Below, piece after piece: positions 20,173-29,773 of a stretch of DNA of 64,000 nt. Below the pieces are notes generated by a model. That model ran no database searches and was not told the DNA's origin. It was given only the letters and a program-made list of their open reading frames with translations. A program made the translations under genes and the position numbers. The stretch is from positions 1 through 64,000 of IMG/VR virus record IMGVR_UViG_3300017388_000002; one strand, given 5' to 3'. This DNA comes from a virus. Taxonomy: Duplodnaviria > Caudoviricetes. Every line of letters begins with the position of its first letter. The first letter of the stretch is position 1.

Positions 20173-20254
20173 ATTTAACCTCGCTTGAAAGCTAGCTTCT
20201 GCTTCCCCTATCTATCCCCCAGACATTTTTTTCCAATCACATTCTAAGATTAGA

Positions 20255-21133
20255 TTAGACTGGAGTTATTAAATCGCCACTTTGTAGAGTATAAGGTTCC
20301 TCTGTATGATTAGTTGGGGTCTGGTTGGCACCACTGTAGGTATAGGTAATTCTTTTCGCCAATGCACCGACCTTGGACCCGGCGTGATATTCGATCACCA
20401 CGGTCGGTCGGTCGCTGCCGTCCACGGTCTGCTTCCTGAACAGGAAGAGTCCAGAGCGGCCAGCCAGCAGTTCCCAATCCGCTCGAACCGTTCCAGAACT
20501 ATATCCAAGTGAATTACCTCTCGCATCGACGGCATTGTTTATCAGGTCGGCGTCTACGGCATTCGCTGCATCCAACTGAATCAATAAACCAACCGAGTCA
20601 GTAAAGGCAAAGCGATTAGCTATGGTGTGTCTAGAGAAATACGTTGGCAATTCAGCTATACCGGCACGGACATTGAAGCCAAGGGCTTCTTCAGCCCTAC
20701 CATTCTGAACGTAGAACTTCAAACGGGTGCAAGGGAGTTTCTGGCGAATGGAGATACGATCCTCGCCGTTGTCAAATTTTTCTAAAGTAGCAGTAAAGAA
20801 ACTAGCGAATGTATCGTTGTTGTTGAGATTATCGACGATCTCGGCTGGTGTCACCGCCGAGGCGGACACAGCACCAGCCGCCACATTGATGCTGACGGAG
20901 GCCCAATTCTTGAACGTCCCGGCATCAATGGCGAACCATATTACAAGTGTGTTACGTGGATTGCCAGCCGCATCGTTGCCGCTCATGTCATAGAGACCAT
21001 CCTTCCAGACAATCGCAAACTCGTCGCCTCGACCTGCGTTCTTGGGGCACTCGAAACTCACGGCGTATTGTCTATCGCCTAAATTCCAACTGCCTTTGTA
21101 ATCTGAGGGAAACGGATTCTGAAAGTAAGACAT
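20255..21133 (-). CDS. probable virion structural protein
   Basis: TATATA plus AGAGG RBS upstream; N/A/G/S-rich. Confidence 0.55.
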   Translation of the reverse strand: MSYFQNPFPSDYKGSWNLGDRQYAVSFECPKNAGRGDEFAIVWKDGLYDMSGNDAAGNPRNTLVIWFAIDAGTFKNWASVSINVAAGAVSASAVTPAEIVDNLNNNDTFASFFTATLEKFDNGEDRISIRQKLPCTRLKFYVQNGRAEEALGFNVRAGIAELPTYFSRHTIANRFAFTDSVGLLIQLDAANAVDADLINNAVDARGNSLGYSSGTVRADWELLAGRSGLFLFRKQTVDGSDRPTVVIEYHAGSKVGALAKRITYTYSGANQTPTNHTEEPYTLQSGDLITPV

Positions 21134-21198
21134 AGCCTAGTATCCTCTTTTTTTCTATATACCATCAAGTGTCGCCTTTCTAATAGAGTTAGTCCAAC

Positions 21199-21231
21199 AA
21201 AAAACCCCGCCGCACTTTCGTGCGGCGGGGT
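21199..21231 (-). terminator. intrinsic terminator
   Basis: CCCCGCCGCAC-TTTC-GTGCGGCGGGG with an A-tract on the left. Confidence 0.8.
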
Positions 21232-21253
21232 GCCTCTCTGTCACAGCCCCTTA

Positions 21254-21580
21254 TCATGGTCCTATACGGACCAGATCGAGCAGGGTGACACGCTTCAGCG
21301 TGGTTTTGGATGAAATCGGGTTTCGCCGACGCTCTACACGTCGGCGATCAATGTCTCTGACCTTGGCGATCTTTTTTCGAGTGTAGCTCTTGATCGGAGC
21401 GTCCTGATAGTCTCGGATGATCGATCCTTCTCTCAATTCGTAGCCCCGAATGTATCTGGGCGTACTCTCGATGATAAGGACGGTTCGCCGAACAGGGTGC
21501 GTGTGGTTGCCCTTATAGTAGAAGCGAGCAACTGGTGCTTTCTTCGCTATAGGGTGTTGAGGGGTTTGTTGTCTAGGCAT
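21254..21580 (-). CDS. basic hypothetical protein (weakly WYL/SH3-like)
   Basis: GGGAG RBS; RFYY...RRTV...IKSY pattern. Confidence 0.5.
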   Translation of the reverse strand: MPRQQTPQHPIAKKAPVARFYYKGNHTHPVRRTVLIIESTPRYIRGYELREGSIIRDYQDAPIKSYTRKKIAKVRDIDRRRVERRRNPISSKTTLKRVTLLDLVRIGP

Positions 21581-22128
21581 GATCTAACTCCCAACATTTC
21601 GAGCAGTGTCGATGCATATTGCTGGTTGGATAACTTGCGGCTACTAAACCGCCCGTCGTTCAGTGGAACCTCGAAGACTACGTGCTTCGAGATTATTGGC
21701 GGTACGAAGTCGGGAGCTAGCTTGCCTTCCTCCATCTCGAACTCGGCCATAGCGAAATAGACTTTGCCGTCTTCGTCTAGAAAAAAGTCAACCTCCCACA
21801 AATGTTCTTCGCCCCGTCTTGTGTTCAGGAGCAAATTGTATCTGATTTTCCAAATCTTGTTAAGGGCGATTTCCCACAAATCATCGTAGTCCCGCTGATC
21901 TATCTTCTTCTCTATCTCGATCAGCCTAGATGTGACCTTGTACTTGAAACAGAAATGATGCTTCCTTCTCTCTTTCCCAACTTTCCTACTCGATCTGATC
22001 CTTGCGGTCATGCCATTCTTGGACGCTACATAGCCCTGAAGTATCTCGAAAGCAGCTACGCTGTTTTTGACGATTTCGGTGTGGCAATCTAAAGTCAGAA
22101 CATACTTCTTCTCGTTCTCGGTCGGCAT
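21547..22128 (-). CDS. CYTH-domain (triphosphate tunnel) protein
   Basis: ENEKKY (ExExK), ILQGY, RIR, KIRY, WEVDFF, AEFE motifs. Confidence 0.85.
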   Translation of the reverse strand: MPTENEKKYVLTLDCHTEIVKNSVAAFEILQGYVASKNGMTARIRSSRKVGKERRKHHFCFKYKVTSRLIEIEKKIDQRDYDDLWEIALNKIWKIRYNLLLNTRRGEEHLWEVDFFLDEDGKVYFAMAEFEMEEGKLAPDFVPPIISKHVVFEVPLNDGRFSSRKLSNQQYASTLLEMLGVRSCLDNKPLNTL

Positions 22129-22141
22129 CACTACCCCGTTG

Positions 22142-22597
22142 TTAGGCCCCCTTGAGAATCTCACGGACGTGATCGACCGTGGCACGGCTATCTAAAATCT
22201 GGTCATCCAGAAACACGTCTACACGTCTGCCGTGTACTCGGTCCATGCCGCCGTTCTCTTCTAGCTTTGCTGCGTCGTCTTGCCGATCCACAAAATGCTG
22301 GACCACCTGCTCCTCGATGCAAAGCGTTTCGGTAAGGAGGTCTTTGGGATCGGTGAGGTTGTTGACAAACATATCAGGATCAGGCATAGAGACTGGCACC
22401 CCGCCGAGACCAATGATGAGTCTACCAAATTCTTCTATATGTTTCATCTCCCCTGCGGCCTCCTTCAAGAAAAATTCACTATATTCTTCCCGGTGGAGGC
22501 CGGTAACACGGAGAGCGGCGTTCATATAAAAGTGCCAGTGAGCATACTCCCTGGCTAGATCGCCGTTTAGTCTATCGATCAATTCGGCTAATGTCAT
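22142..22597 (-). CDS. bacterioferritin/ferritin-like diiron protein
   Basis: LNGDLAREY, EAAGEMKH, IIGLGGVP, EEQVV. Confidence 0.8.
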   Translation of the reverse strand: MTLAELIDRLNGDLAREYAHWHFYMNAALRVTGLHREEYSEFFLKEAAGEMKHIEEFGRLIIGLGGVPVSMPDPDMFVNNLTDPKDLLTETLCIEEQVVQHFVDRQDDAAKLEENGGMDRVHGRRVDVFLDDQILDSRATVDHVREILKGA

Positions 22598-22645
22598 AAT
22601 CTATCCTTTCCGTTATCACTTACTATAGTGTCCGTTCGATCATTC

Positions 22646-23797
22646 CTATTCTTTGAAAGGCATGTAGTCGTGATCGTGGTCATAGGGCATCGGCCTGTAA
22701 CCAGCATGGTTGAAGCTAGGGGCAGCTTCGGCCTGTGCGACCCGGTAGGCCAACTCAAACATATACCTCGTGATGTCCTCCATGCCTTTGTAGTTGATCT
22801 TATCGGCGGTGTCATCCGGCGTATGGTAGTTTCGGTGCATCCCGGTGTGTAGGCACACAACTGGAACTTTCTTATTGTAGAAACTGGCGTGGTCACTGCC
22901 GCCGCCCCCTCTGCTGGCGATTCGTTTAGCAAAACTATATTTGCCAGATAGTTCGTTGACATAGCGGTTCAGGTCAATGGAGCTTTCGGTAAGCTGGAAG
23001 TTGGCTTTGTAGTACGTCGTCTTGCCAAGGTAGCCTATCATATCCATATTCAACATGGCAACGTGCTTGCGGATATCCGGCTTACCTCGTGGAAAAATTG
23101 GATTTTCGCAATAGTAGCGGCTGCCAATCAACCCCATTTCTTCCGCCGAATAAGATTGGAAAACTACAGTTCGGCGAACCTTCCCCTTCAACATAGAAAA
23201 TGCCTTAGCGATGCTGAGCAGAGCAGCCGTACCACTGGCATTATCGTCCGCCCCAGGATGAATTTCTCTACGGCTGGGAGATTGGCTCATTGAGGGACCG
23301 TAGCCGATGTGATCTGCGTGTGCCCCAACTACAACAATCTCATCTTTGAGGCGGGGGTCGCTCCCCTCAATCCAAGCAAAGATGTTTTGTGTATAGTCGT
23401 CTCCTTGTTCGTTCTTTGGGCCAGGGTTTACCCGGTTGATCTTGAACCGTTGGTACTCAGTCTGTAGCCCGTAGGATTCGTATTTCTGCTTGAGGAAATC
23501 AAATGCAACTATATTGCCTCGCTTGCCTGACATTTTCCCTTCAATGTCTGGGGAAGCGAGATAGTAGAGGTTCTGCTTGATCTCGGCCTCGTTGATACTC
23601 TGGAGGGCTTGATCGACCGTGAAATCCATTGGCGGTTTCACGTCGGGTTTCTTCCACGGCTCCTCCCAAGGCGGCAACTTGCTGATCCTGTCACCAGGAG
23701 GCACCGGCTGCTGAACCAGTCGTTGTTTTGACCAGACGGCAACGCCAATCACAATACCAAGCGAAGCAACTACCAACAAAAGGTTCTTTGTTTTCAT
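22646..23797 (-). CDS. membrane-anchored M28 aminopeptidase
   Basis: GAHADH, GADDNASG, AEEMGLIGS, NMDMIG, SDHASF and YHTPDD motifs; N-terminal TM. Confidence 0.92.
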   Translation of the reverse strand: MKTKNLLLVVASLGIVIGVAVWSKQRLVQQPVPPGDRISKLPPWEEPWKKPDVKPPMDFTVDQALQSINEAEIKQNLYYLASPDIEGKMSGKRGNIVAFDFLKQKYESYGLQTEYQRFKINRVNPGPKNEQGDDYTQNIFAWIEGSDPRLKDEIVVVGAHADHIGYGPSMSQSPSRREIHPGADDNASGTAALLSIAKAFSMLKGKVRRTVVFQSYSAEEMGLIGSRYYCENPIFPRGKPDIRKHVAMLNMDMIGYLGKTTYYKANFQLTESSIDLNRYVNELSGKYSFAKRIASRGGGGSDHASFYNKKVPVVCLHTGMHRNYHTPDDTADKINYKGMEDITRYMFELAYRVAQAEAAPSFNHAGYRPMPYDHDHDYMPFKE

Positions 23798-23857
23798 CTC
23801 GCTTCTCCGTGTTTATTAACGAAAGCCATATATAAGACAGCAATTAGAAAGGAGAAT

Positions 23858-25714
23858 ATGGATACCGAAATCAGACCCCCAGAAGAATACGACGATCTTC
23901 CCGTACCAACCGAGAAGTTCGAGGACTTCTACAAACAACATCATAGTGTCTATGAACTCATGGCGACAAAGGAATGGAAAGAAATCTACTCCCACTACTA
24001 CGAGTTCGACGCCTTCGAGCAGGAGATAATTATACATGAAACTGAAGCTCAAGTAAATGCGTATGACCCGCATCGGCAGCTTCAAGAGACGATTAAGTGT
24101 GCAAACAGCTTCACCTACTGGTGCCACAAGTACGTTAAGATCACACACCCGATTCACGGCTTGATTCCTTTTGTCCTCTATAAATACCAAAGACGAGTAG
24201 TAAGCGAATACACCAACAGATTCAACATTCTGCGAAAATTCCGTCAGGGAGGGCTGACAACTGTATCGGTCCTCTGGGCTTTGTGGCGATGTCTTTTTAA
24301 GACGGACCAGCAGATCATGGTCATGTCCAAGACCGACCGTGAAGCTATATCTGCTGGAGAGATTGCAAAGAAGGCAATGTACTACTTACCCAAGTGGATG
24401 ATGCCAGACATGGGTAAGCACAACGAACACGAAAAACAATTCAGAGATACTGGTTCCAATCTTTGGTTCTACACCCCGGAAGCTGCTCGTGGTAAGTCTA
24501 TCACGCTTCTAATCATTGATGAGGCGGCATTTATCGCCGATATGCAGAAGCACTGGAAGGCCATGTATCCGGTTATCGCAACCGGTGGTGCCTGCATCGT
24601 CATTTCTACGGTCAACGGCATGGGCAACTGGTACGAGGAAATGTACCACGAGGCCGAAGCCGGTGAAAATCCGTTCAACGTCATCGACTTACATTACAAG
24701 GAACACCCGGAGTATAACGATCCGATATGGGCCGCTGATACAAAGGCCAACCTTGGAGAAAAGGGTTGGAAGCAGGAGGTATTGGGTGAGTTCCTTGGCT
24801 CTGGTGAGACCTACTTCTCACAGGAGGCTATCAAAGAACTAACGGAAATTACAAAGGACTGTTTCCCGCTTCGTCAAGCATTTGCCAAATGGAGAAACAT
24901 CGTCAAGGACCGCAAGGCCAGCGATTGGGACGAAGGGGCTTTGTGGATATTCAAAGAACCGGTCGAAGGGCACGAGTATATCATCGGCGTTGACTGTGCC
25001 GAGGGCATGGGTGAAACCAACGATAACAGTGCATTCGAGATTATCGATAGTTCGACTCTGGAACAAGTTGCCGAGTTCTATAGCAACCTTGTGCCGCCCC
25101 ACATCTTCGCCCAGATATTGAACGAAATAGGTTACTACTATAACACTGCCTTGATCGTGGTTGAAAACATGAATCAAGGGGGTGCCGTACTGAGTGCTTT
25201 GCAGAATGATTTGGCCTACGACAACATCTACTTCGATGAGAGTAAAGGACGGCAAGGCATACCGGGTATCAAACCGAGCAGAACGGCCAGACCAATCATC
25301 CTTGAGACGATGCAACACAGGCTCATCAATAGTAGCGTTCGCATCAACAGCCACCGCCTTGTATATGAGATGAACACCTTCATCTACAATCCACAAAGCA
25401 AGAAGGCAGAGGCTCAGAAAGGTCGTCACGACGACGCAATCATGGCTATGGCCCTGGCGTTATTCGTCTGTGATTCCCGCATGAGAGGTATACCAATTGG
25501 GTCTCAAGTTCCAGAAGAAATGGTCAAGATATTCAAGACCGAGATATACGAGGAGATCAGAAGAGAAATTCTAGAGGGCAGACCGGAAGATTGGGCGACA
25601 AGTGGCGATACCTTCGACCCGATCCTACTTCCTGACCCAGAAACAATACTGCCAGGGATATCTTGGGATATTAGAAGGAAGAATGACAAACTACTAAAGG
25701 AGTTCGGTTGGTAA
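23858..25714 (+). CDS. terminase large subunit (T4 gp17-like)
   Basis: LYKYQ, RQGGLTT, LIIDEAAFI, ISTVNG, IGVDCAEG, HDDAIMA. Confidence 0.93.
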   Translation: MDTEIRPPEEYDDLPVPTEKFEDFYKQHHSVYELMATKEWKEIYSHYYEFDAFEQEIIIHETEAQVNAYDPHRQLQETIKCANSFTYWCHKYVKITHPIHGLIPFVLYKYQRRVVSEYTNRFNILRKFRQGGLTTVSVLWALWRCLFKTDQQIMVMSKTDREAISAGEIAKKAMYYLPKWMMPDMGKHNEHEKQFRDTGSNLWFYTPEAARGKSITLLIIDEAAFIADMQKHWKAMYPVIATGGACIVISTVNGMGNWYEEMYHEAEAGENPFNVIDLHYKEHPEYNDPIWAADTKANLGEKGWKQEVLGEFLGSGETYFSQEAIKELTEITKDCFPLRQAFAKWRNIVKDRKASDWDEGALWIFKEPVEGHEYIIGVDCAEGMGETNDNSAFEIIDSSTLEQVAEFYSNLVPPHIFAQILNEIGYYYNTALIVVENMNQGGAVLSALQNDLAYDNIYFDESKGRQGIPGIKPSRTARPIILETMQHRLINSSVRINSHRLVYEMNTFIYNPQSKKAEAQKGRHDDAIMAMALALFVCDSRMRGIPIGSQVPEEMVKIFKTEIYEEIRREILEGRPEDWATSGDTFDPILLPDPETILPGISWDIRRKNDKLLKEFGW

Positions 25715-26049
25715 TGAAGAACGAAACTATCAAAACCAAAGAACATCTCGTCCGAGCCTTGAATGAGTTGTCGTATCACAATGATGTCGGCGAAGTGAAG
25801 ACCTACATCCAGAAAGCAATCACGGCATTAGAGACTGTAGAGAAACGCAGGGGAGTTCGTAGCCAGACTCCTCAACAAACTGCTGCCGAGAGATGGCAGT
25901 TCGACCTACAGCTTGGTTTGATAAATCCTTTCAACGCCAAGATGACGATGAAAACCTTAGACACCATGATTGCCGATGAGAATAAAAAACTGGCAGAATT
26001 AAGGAACAGACTCGCTGAACAGAAAAAGGGCAACTTGATGCTTGGCTAG
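25711..26049 (+). CDS. hypothetical coiled-coil protein
   Basis: Coupled to the terminase stop. Confidence 0.6.
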   Translation, partial: VMKNETIKTKEHLVRALNELSYHNDVGEVKTYIQKAITALETVEKRRGVRSQTPQQTAAERWQFDLQLGLINPFNAKMTMKTLDTMIADENKKLAELRNRLAEQKKGNLMLG

Positions 26050-26639
26050 TTCGGCATTCGCACGGACATAGATTTGAATCGGTATAAGTAACGCTCGAAG
26101 GCGTTCTCTGCCGATTCTAATTCGGATGGTAACAGGGTGTCTTTTACCTTCATCGGCTCTAATGTCAGAACGGGCAGAGGGGTATTCAAATCTAGATACT
26201 CTTCTATAAGGTTCAATCCTTTGCCAGCCAAAAACGTGTCCTTGGTTAAAACCACAGCCCCAGGTGTGTTCCTAGCCATTTCAAAGATTCTACGGAGACG
26301 GAATCTGTAGTATCTACTGGCTTGATCCGCCGACGTGTAGTATCGGTGAGAGAGCATTAGGTTTATGGAGGGTTTGGGAGAATCAATGAAGTAGATGAAC
26401 TTGCAGAAACCGTAAGCGGGTTTCAAGTAGAAAGAATGGTTGTAGAAAAGCTGATCGCCGTAAATAGCTCGACTGGTATGATCCTTGTGATCTGCCCGAC
26501 CAAGCAACATGATCTTCTCAGGCAAATCGTAGATGATACCCGATGCCCAAACCTGGATGCTGGGGTGGGCATTGAGAGTGTCGGCAAGTAGTTCGGCTCC
26601 TGCAAATATATGCGATACAACAAAAAGCGTCTGCTTCAT
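26046..26639 (-). CDS. sulfotransferase-like P-loop protein (divergent)
   Basis: LFVVSHIFAGAELLADTLNAHPSI resembles the sulfotransferase N-terminus. Confidence 0.45.
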   Translation of the reverse strand: MKQTLFVVSHIFAGAELLADTLNAHPSIQVWASGIIYDLPEKIMLLGRADHKDHTSRAIYGDQLFYNHSFYLKPAYGFCKFIYFIDSPKPSINLMLSHRYYTSADQASRYYRFRLRRIFEMARNTPGAVVLTKDTFLAGKGLNLIEEYLDLNTPLPVLTLEPMKVKDTLLPSELESAENAFERYLYRFKSMSVRMPN

Positions 26640-26707
26640 AACTAAAATAGAGTAATTCTGCCTCCAAGCCTAATAGCTAGAGGAGACGTTAAACGGAAAA
26701 AAATACT

Positions 26708-29242
26708 ATGCCTTGGTGGGATTATTACAAGTTATGGACCTACAGCTTTGAAGACGACCCTATCGCTAGACGTAGGAAACGTAAGCGAGCGGTGTCCGGT
26801 GCCGGCGTAGTTCTCCCCGATGCTATTCCAGACATCCGACAGGATGGTAGCTTCTGGGGCGGTGGACGTGGATTGATCCGTCTTCACGACAGCAACGACT
26901 TCATTGATCTATCGAGCATCACCAATCGCCAAAGCAGATACAAAGAATACGACCGGCTCCTCAACATAGCTGAGATCGACACAGCTATTACTGTGTTCGC
27001 CGACGAATCGTGTGTAGCTGGGTCTACCCTCATAGCAACTTTGTTCGACGGCTTCCTCCCAATCAAGACGTTGGTTGATAGATGGAAGCTGAAGCAAGAA
27101 GACTTCCTGGTGTACTGCTGGGATTTTGAGAAGAACGATTACACATTGGGCTGGGCATATGACCCAAGGCTCGTCAAGACAGCTAAGACCATGAAGATCG
27201 GCTTAGATGATGGCAGCTACTTCATATGTACCCCAGACCACAGAATTCTATTGGCTAGTCGCCGTTGGATTGTAGCTGGAGAATTGAAATACGGCGACCA
27301 ACTAATGCCTTTCTATAGGCTCCAACCAAACATCTATCACAACGATCTGAAGATCAAACAGTTCCCACGCATATTCACCTTCAACGATGGTTGGAAACAC
27401 CAAAACCAAATCATCAACGAATGGCGTCTAGGAAAGAGCGAAGGGCGATATGAGAGGCTCAATCGAGCCTGCCGCATGGCTACAGAGGGCCTTACGGCTA
27501 GAGAGATAGCCAAACTGATGGGACACCAATGGAAATCCATCGAGAGATGGTTCCACGAAGAGGGCTTCACTTTCAAAGAACTCAAACACCTGGGATCGTT
27601 GGAGAAGGTACGCAGAGTTATCAGTGTTTCGCCTCACGAGGAGATGGAAGTTTTCGATATGTCGGTGAGAGACCATGAGAACTTCTGCACCGATTGGGGG
27701 GTCATGCATAACTGCCAGAAGAACGACAAGGGCAATATATTCGAGATTGAATGCTCTAATGCCGACATAGCCGAAGACCTGAACTTCCTTTTCTTCCACC
27801 GTGAGATGTTGAACCTGAACCGGAACGGTTGGAAGATTGCCAAGAAGACCTATAGCATGGGCGACTACTTCGCCGAACTCATCATAGACCCAGATGAGCC
27901 AAAAAAGGGCATCGTCCGTATGATGGAATTGCCTGTGGAATCGGTCTACCGTATAGAAACCACCAAAGGCAGACTAGTTGAATTCCAACAGGGCAAGGAA
28001 GGACCGGATTACGACGCACTAACCAGGGCACCTATCACTCAGGCCACAGACGCTGAGTTGATACAACAAAAAGCCATTAGATTCACACCAGAAGAAATCA
28101 TTCACTTCAAGATCGGTGATGATAGAAAAGACTTCTACCCATATGGTCGATCACTTATCGAACCTGCTCGTGGACCGGCCCACCAGTTGAGAATGATGGA
28201 AGACGCCATGTTGGTCTATAGATTGACCAGGGCACCTGAGCGTAGGGTTTTCTATATTGATGTAGGTCAGTTGCCTCCATTTAAGGCCGAAGCATTTATG
28301 GAGCGAATGAAGGACCAGTTCAGGAAGAAGAAAGTCACGTCTGGAAGAGGCGGCGAAGGTGCCAGTGCCGTGGATGAAAAATGGCACGCACCAGCGGCAG
28401 ATGAAGACTACTGGATTCCAATTAGACCCAATGCCAACACAAGAATAGAGACGTTACCTGGGGCACAGAACCTTGGCGAGATCGATGATGCTTTATACTT
28501 CAGGAATAAGGTACTCATTGCTCTCAACTTCCCGCTCAATTACCTGTCGAATAGTGACCCCAACACAACCAGAATCGCACTATCCGCTCAGGATGTTCGC
28601 TTCGCCAGAACCGTCGAGAGATTGCAGGCTCACCTGGAGGATGGCTTCCTAGAGATCGCTATCCGCCATTTGCATCTGAAGGGCTATCCAGAAGAAGCCT
28701 ACGAAGACTTGAAAATAAAAATGACACCGCCATCCGATTGGCGAGAACTGAGCAAGGCCGAAGTAACAACCAATAGAATCAACAACGCAAACGGCCTGAA
28801 GGGATCACTGCTGATGTCTGACTACGACATCTATACGAAGTGGCTGAAGTACCCAGAGGTAGAAGCCCAGGAGATGCTGGCAAGGATCAAGATACAGAAG
28901 CTCGAAGACCTGAAACTGCAAGTCCTCGCCCAGAACCCGCAACTATTGGGTATCGGCGTACCGGGCGGACAGGGAGAGGCCGAAATGGGGACCGAGACCG
29001 GTGGACCGGCCCCAATGCTGGCCCCGGATCAAGCCGGTACTTCGCCTACCCCTCCTGGTGGTGCCCCAGGTATGCCTCCAATGCCGCCGCCTTCACTAGA
29101 TGGCGAACAACAAGGTCCGCCAAAGAAAAGCGGCATAACACTGCCGGACCCAGACCCGAAGGACATCAAGAAGTTCGACCTAGAGATCATAAGTCACGAG
29201 GAAGAACAGGATCGAGAAGAGATAGACTTCAGCAACATGTAA
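26708..29242 (+). CDS. portal protein (T4 gp20-like), intein-containing
   Basis: LRMMEDAMLVYRLTRAPERRVFYIDVG, EDYWIP, IETLPGAQNLGEIDD. Confidence 0.95.
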   Translation: MPWWDYYKLWTYSFEDDPIARRRKRKRAVSGAGVVLPDAIPDIRQDGSFWGGGRGLIRLHDSNDFIDLSSITNRQSRYKEYDRLLNIAEIDTAITVFADESCVAGSTLIATLFDGFLPIKTLVDRWKLKQEDFLVYCWDFEKNDYTLGWAYDPRLVKTAKTMKIGLDDGSYFICTPDHRILLASRRWIVAGELKYGDQLMPFYRLQPNIYHNDLKIKQFPRIFTFNDGWKHQNQIINEWRLGKSEGRYERLNRACRMATEGLTAREIAKLMGHQWKSIERWFHEEGFTFKELKHLGSLEKVRRVISVSPHEEMEVFDMSVRDHENFCTDWGVMHNCQKNDKGNIFEIECSNADIAEDLNFLFFHREMLNLNRNGWKIAKKTYSMGDYFAELIIDPDEPKKGIVRMMELPVESVYRIETTKGRLVEFQQGKEGPDYDALTRAPITQATDAELIQQKAIRFTPEEIIHFKIGDDRKDFYPYGRSLIEPARGPAHQLRMMEDAMLVYRLTRAPERRVFYIDVGQLPPFKAEAFMERMKDQFRKKKVTSGRGGEGASAVDEKWHAPAADEDYWIPIRPNANTRIETLPGAQNLGEIDDALYFRNKVLIALNFPLNYLSNSDPNTTRIALSAQDVRFARTVERLQAHLEDGFLEIAIRHLHLKGYPEEAYEDLKIKMTPPSDWRELSKAEVTTNRINNANGLKGSLLMSDYDIYTKWLKYPEVEAQEMLARIKIQKLEDLKLQVLAQNPQLLGIGVPGGQGEAEMGTETGGPAPMLAPDQAGTSPTPPGGAPGMPPMPPPSLDGEQQGPPKKSGITLPDPDPKDIKKFDLEIISHEEEQDREEIDFSNM
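27011..27712 (+). mobile_element. 234-aa intein in the portal, lacking a recognisable endonuclease but carrying an HTH-like segment
   Basis: Starts ADES/CVAGST; block B CTPDHRI; block F VFDMSV..HENF; ends MHN/C. Confidence 0.9.
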
Positions 29243-29247
29243 TAACC

Positions 29248-29277
29248 AAAACGCCCGGCAAAGCCGGGCGTTTTTTA
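29248..29277. terminator. bidirectional intrinsic terminator
   Basis: AAAACGCCCGGC-AAA-GCCGGGCG-T6. Confidence 0.85.
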
Positions 29278-29625
29278 TTCCTGTTCACCACTCAAGGCAT
29301 CTGCCTTGGGTATACGCACTTCGTTGTCATCGTTAGGGAACTTGCCCTTATTAGTCTTCCGTGGCCGATCTACGCTAGCCGAAGGGTCGTCCTTCACTTC
29401 TTCATAAGCCGCTTGCAGTTCTTGATCTTCTTCTGCGAGCTTTTCTATTAGTGGCTCTATCTGGTTGCGATACTTGCTCCATACAATAGACATAATCTTG
29501 GCGAGTGGGCTTTCGGGTTGATCGTCCATAGCAAATGTAGCTACACTGTCGGGGTCGTCTTTTGCCACAAATGGTATATCCCCGCTACCCTCTCTAACAC
29601 GCACGTACTGCTTGAATGTTTTCAT
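29275..29625 (-). CDS. acidic putative internal head protein (MKTFKQY)
   Basis: CTS-like N-terminus. Confidence 0.65.
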   Translation of the reverse strand: MKTFKQYVRVREGSGDIPFVAKDDPDSVATFAMDDQPESPLAKIMSIVWSKYRNQIEPLIEKLAEEDQELQAAYEEVKDDPSASVDRPRKTNKGKFPNDDNEVRIPKADALSGEQE

Positions 29626-29773
29626 AATAGCCTGCCTGATTTTAATCTCCGCTGCATACTATATAGTAATTGGCGTAACCAGTTTCCGTGAGGACTGCCT
29701 GCAAATAGACCAAAAATGGTAGACGCTAAACTATATACAGTGTCTTTGGAAGATCGATCAGGAGAACACCTTT

